A stretch of 45,201 nucleotides of DNA, taken from positions 1 to 45,201 of the IMG/VR virus record IMGVR_UViG_3300037424_000369, one strand, 5' to 3'. Under the pieces are notes generated by a model. It saw only the letters and a list, made by a program, of their open reading frames with translations. It did no database searches and was not told the origin of the DNA. The stretch comes from a virus (Duplodnaviria; Caudoviricetes). Below, one piece after another: positions 43,671-45,201 of this stretch. The position numbers and the translations under genes were made by a program. Every line of letters begins with the position of its first letter. Position 1 is the first letter of the stretch.

Positions 43671-45201
43671 CTATTTTAGGTACATCATATATTGACCTTC
43701 AACCGTATCGGGATTCACGGGTTCGGCATCGGTTACAAACGTTGAATCTGCCGACACAGATTTGTTGTGGCTGGCATCCTCGGAACGTACCCTATAATGA
43801 TACGTAGAACCTGCAAGCAAATTAATTAAATCAACAATATGCGAAGTGCGATAACCCGCTACGGTTTCATTAGAACCATAGCTGGCCGTCAATCCATAAT
43901 TAACCGTATCTGTTGCCGCCTCGTCTGTGGTCCATGTAATACGGGCGGTCGATGAAGTAATTAGCGATACCGCAATATTGGAAATAACAGGCGGGGTTTC
44001 GTCGGCCTCGCCAGAAGTTGCACCAAGCGTCAGGGTATCGGTAAACGAATCCCAATCGACAGTCAGCGTTCCCGTATCGGCATCTGCACCCTTACTGGCA
44101 ATCAACGTAAAAGGATTGAATCCCGTCGAATCTCCTGTGTGCGTTCGATGTTCAAACCAATATGTTACGGCTCCGGTGGCTATGCCGTTTTCGTTTGTCG
44201 TGGTCGTCAATACCGTTGCGCCATAGTTATTTTTGGCTATGACATCGGCACTCGGTACGGGTTGGGAATTGGAACCGAGTACGAGAATTGAAAGTGTTCT
44301 TTGTAATCCTGTTTCGTCATTATGGTTGGCGTCTGTGGCCCACGTGATGTTAGAATCATAAACTCCGGTGCCATAAACAAAATCTTTGTAATATAAATCG
44401 TTGCCAAAACTGGTCTTGGTAATATCCCAATAGTTATGTCGAAATGTCGACGTTACCGACAATCTTGGGCTAATCCAATCCAACGAATCGGCCCACAACC
44501 TCAAATAATCACCGCCGCAGTTTGCGCCACCCGATACCATTAAGAAGGCATCGCTGTAAAAATGATTCTCGTAGATTTTGGCCTCGCCCTCGTAATCGGT
44601 CGAGTCACCATAACTACAGTCTAATACCAAGGCCCTTGACGTTACACCACCCGACGAACCGAACTGACTGGCCGATATGTAATTATCGTGGTAACTGACA
44701 TTGGTTCCGGGGTCGCCGCCTATAACAAGACCAACAATTATATTCTCATAGGAATCCGTAGCGGCCACCGTATCGCCGGTTGTAACGTAACGATTATTGT
44801 AATCGTCCATATTGTATATCTGCCCGCCCGAATCAATACTGCGGGATTTACGAGCATAACAGGTTCTATATTCGGGACGCACAGAATTACCGCAATGGAC
44901 ATCAACATCGTTCCCTGAAACTATTATCGGCGTTGAGATGGTACCCATTGGGTTTTCGGTCATTATTCCCTCGCCGCCTTCGTATGTAGTGCCGGAGCGA
45001 ATATAATTATTCGTAATTCGAGAGCCAGGGCCGGAGAATCTAAGCAAGATTGCATAGGCGTTTCCGGTTCCGCCGCAGGCACCGCCTATATCAAGCCGAT
45101 TGCGCTGGTCGACTGTAACCGTACAGGCATTGATGATTGTACGAGTAAGGAATGATGCACCATGCCCCATGTTGGCAAAGCCCTGAGCCGGACAGGGAGT
45201 A
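43671..45201 (-). CDS. 3' part of the 717-aa secreted protein: right-handed beta-helix, Ig-like domain and FN3 domain
   Basis: ITNNYI, VSGNDV, YHDNYI beta-helix repeats; TTNENGIA Ig-like motif; DETPPVISNI...ARITWTTDE...VNYG...LLAGSTYHYRVRSED FN3. Confidence 0.85.
   Translation of the reverse strand, partial: TPCPAQGFANMGHGASFLTRTIINACTVTVDQRNRLDIGGACGGTGNAYAILLRFSGPGSRITNNYIRSGTTYEGGEGIMTENPMGTISTPIIVSGNDVDVHCGNSVRPEYRTCYARKSRSIDSGGQIYNMDDYNNRYVTTGDTVAATDSYENIIVGLVIGGDPGTNVSYHDNYISASQFGSSGGVTSRALVLDCSYGDSTDYEGEAKIYENHFYSDAFLMVSGGANCGGDYLRLWADSLDWISPRLSVTSTFRHNYWDITKTSFGNDLYYKDFVYGTGVYDSNITWATDANHNDETGLQRTLSILVLGSNSQPVPSADVIAKNNYGATVLTTTTNENGIATGAVTYWFEHRTHTGDSTGFNPFTLIASKGADADTGTLTVDWDSFTDTLTLGATSGEADETPPVISNIAVSLITSSTARITWTTDEAATDTVNYGLTASYGSNETVAGYRTSHIVDLINLLAGSTYHYRVRSEDASHNKSVSADSTFVTDAEPVNPDTVEGQYMMYLK
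45017..45201. repeat. Right copy of terminal direct repeat
   Basis: Matches 1-185 with six transitions, all after the first 127 bp. Confidence 0.97.

Overview
The window looks like a complete ~45.0 kb circular dsDNA phage genome. Positions 1-185 recur at 45017-45201, giving a 45,016 bp unit. The architecture is podovirus-like. The minus strand carries terS, terL, portal, scaffold, an N4-gp56-like major capsid, adaptors, a nozzle, three ejection proteins, an M15 endolysin and holin-like genes. The plus strand carries the early/replication arm (Sak4-like ATPase, SSB, DnaB, DNA MTase, Hjc-like nuclease, many small ORFs). I found no integrase, reverse transcriptase or CRISPR array. The standout feature is that no ordinary cytoplasmic tail fibre is recognisable. 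The slot where fibres normally sit holds four proteins with Sec signal peptides, and a fifth is translationally coupled to terL. These five carry ~58 D-[ST]-[AILVMT] motifs by hand count (the FCB-type O-glycosylation sequon), and two appear to share domains with cytoplasmic virion proteins. My hypothesis is a phage whose appendages are exported, matured in the periplasm and docked on virions at lysis. Other notable items: a 113-nt tRNA-shaped RNA with insertions in all three loops, a sigma4+sigma2 split sigma-like gene pair, glycosyltransferases inside the head module, a tandem duplication with variable S-V-x-D repeats, and synonymous-only differences between the terminal repeat copies. All family assignments are by motif recognition, not database search.
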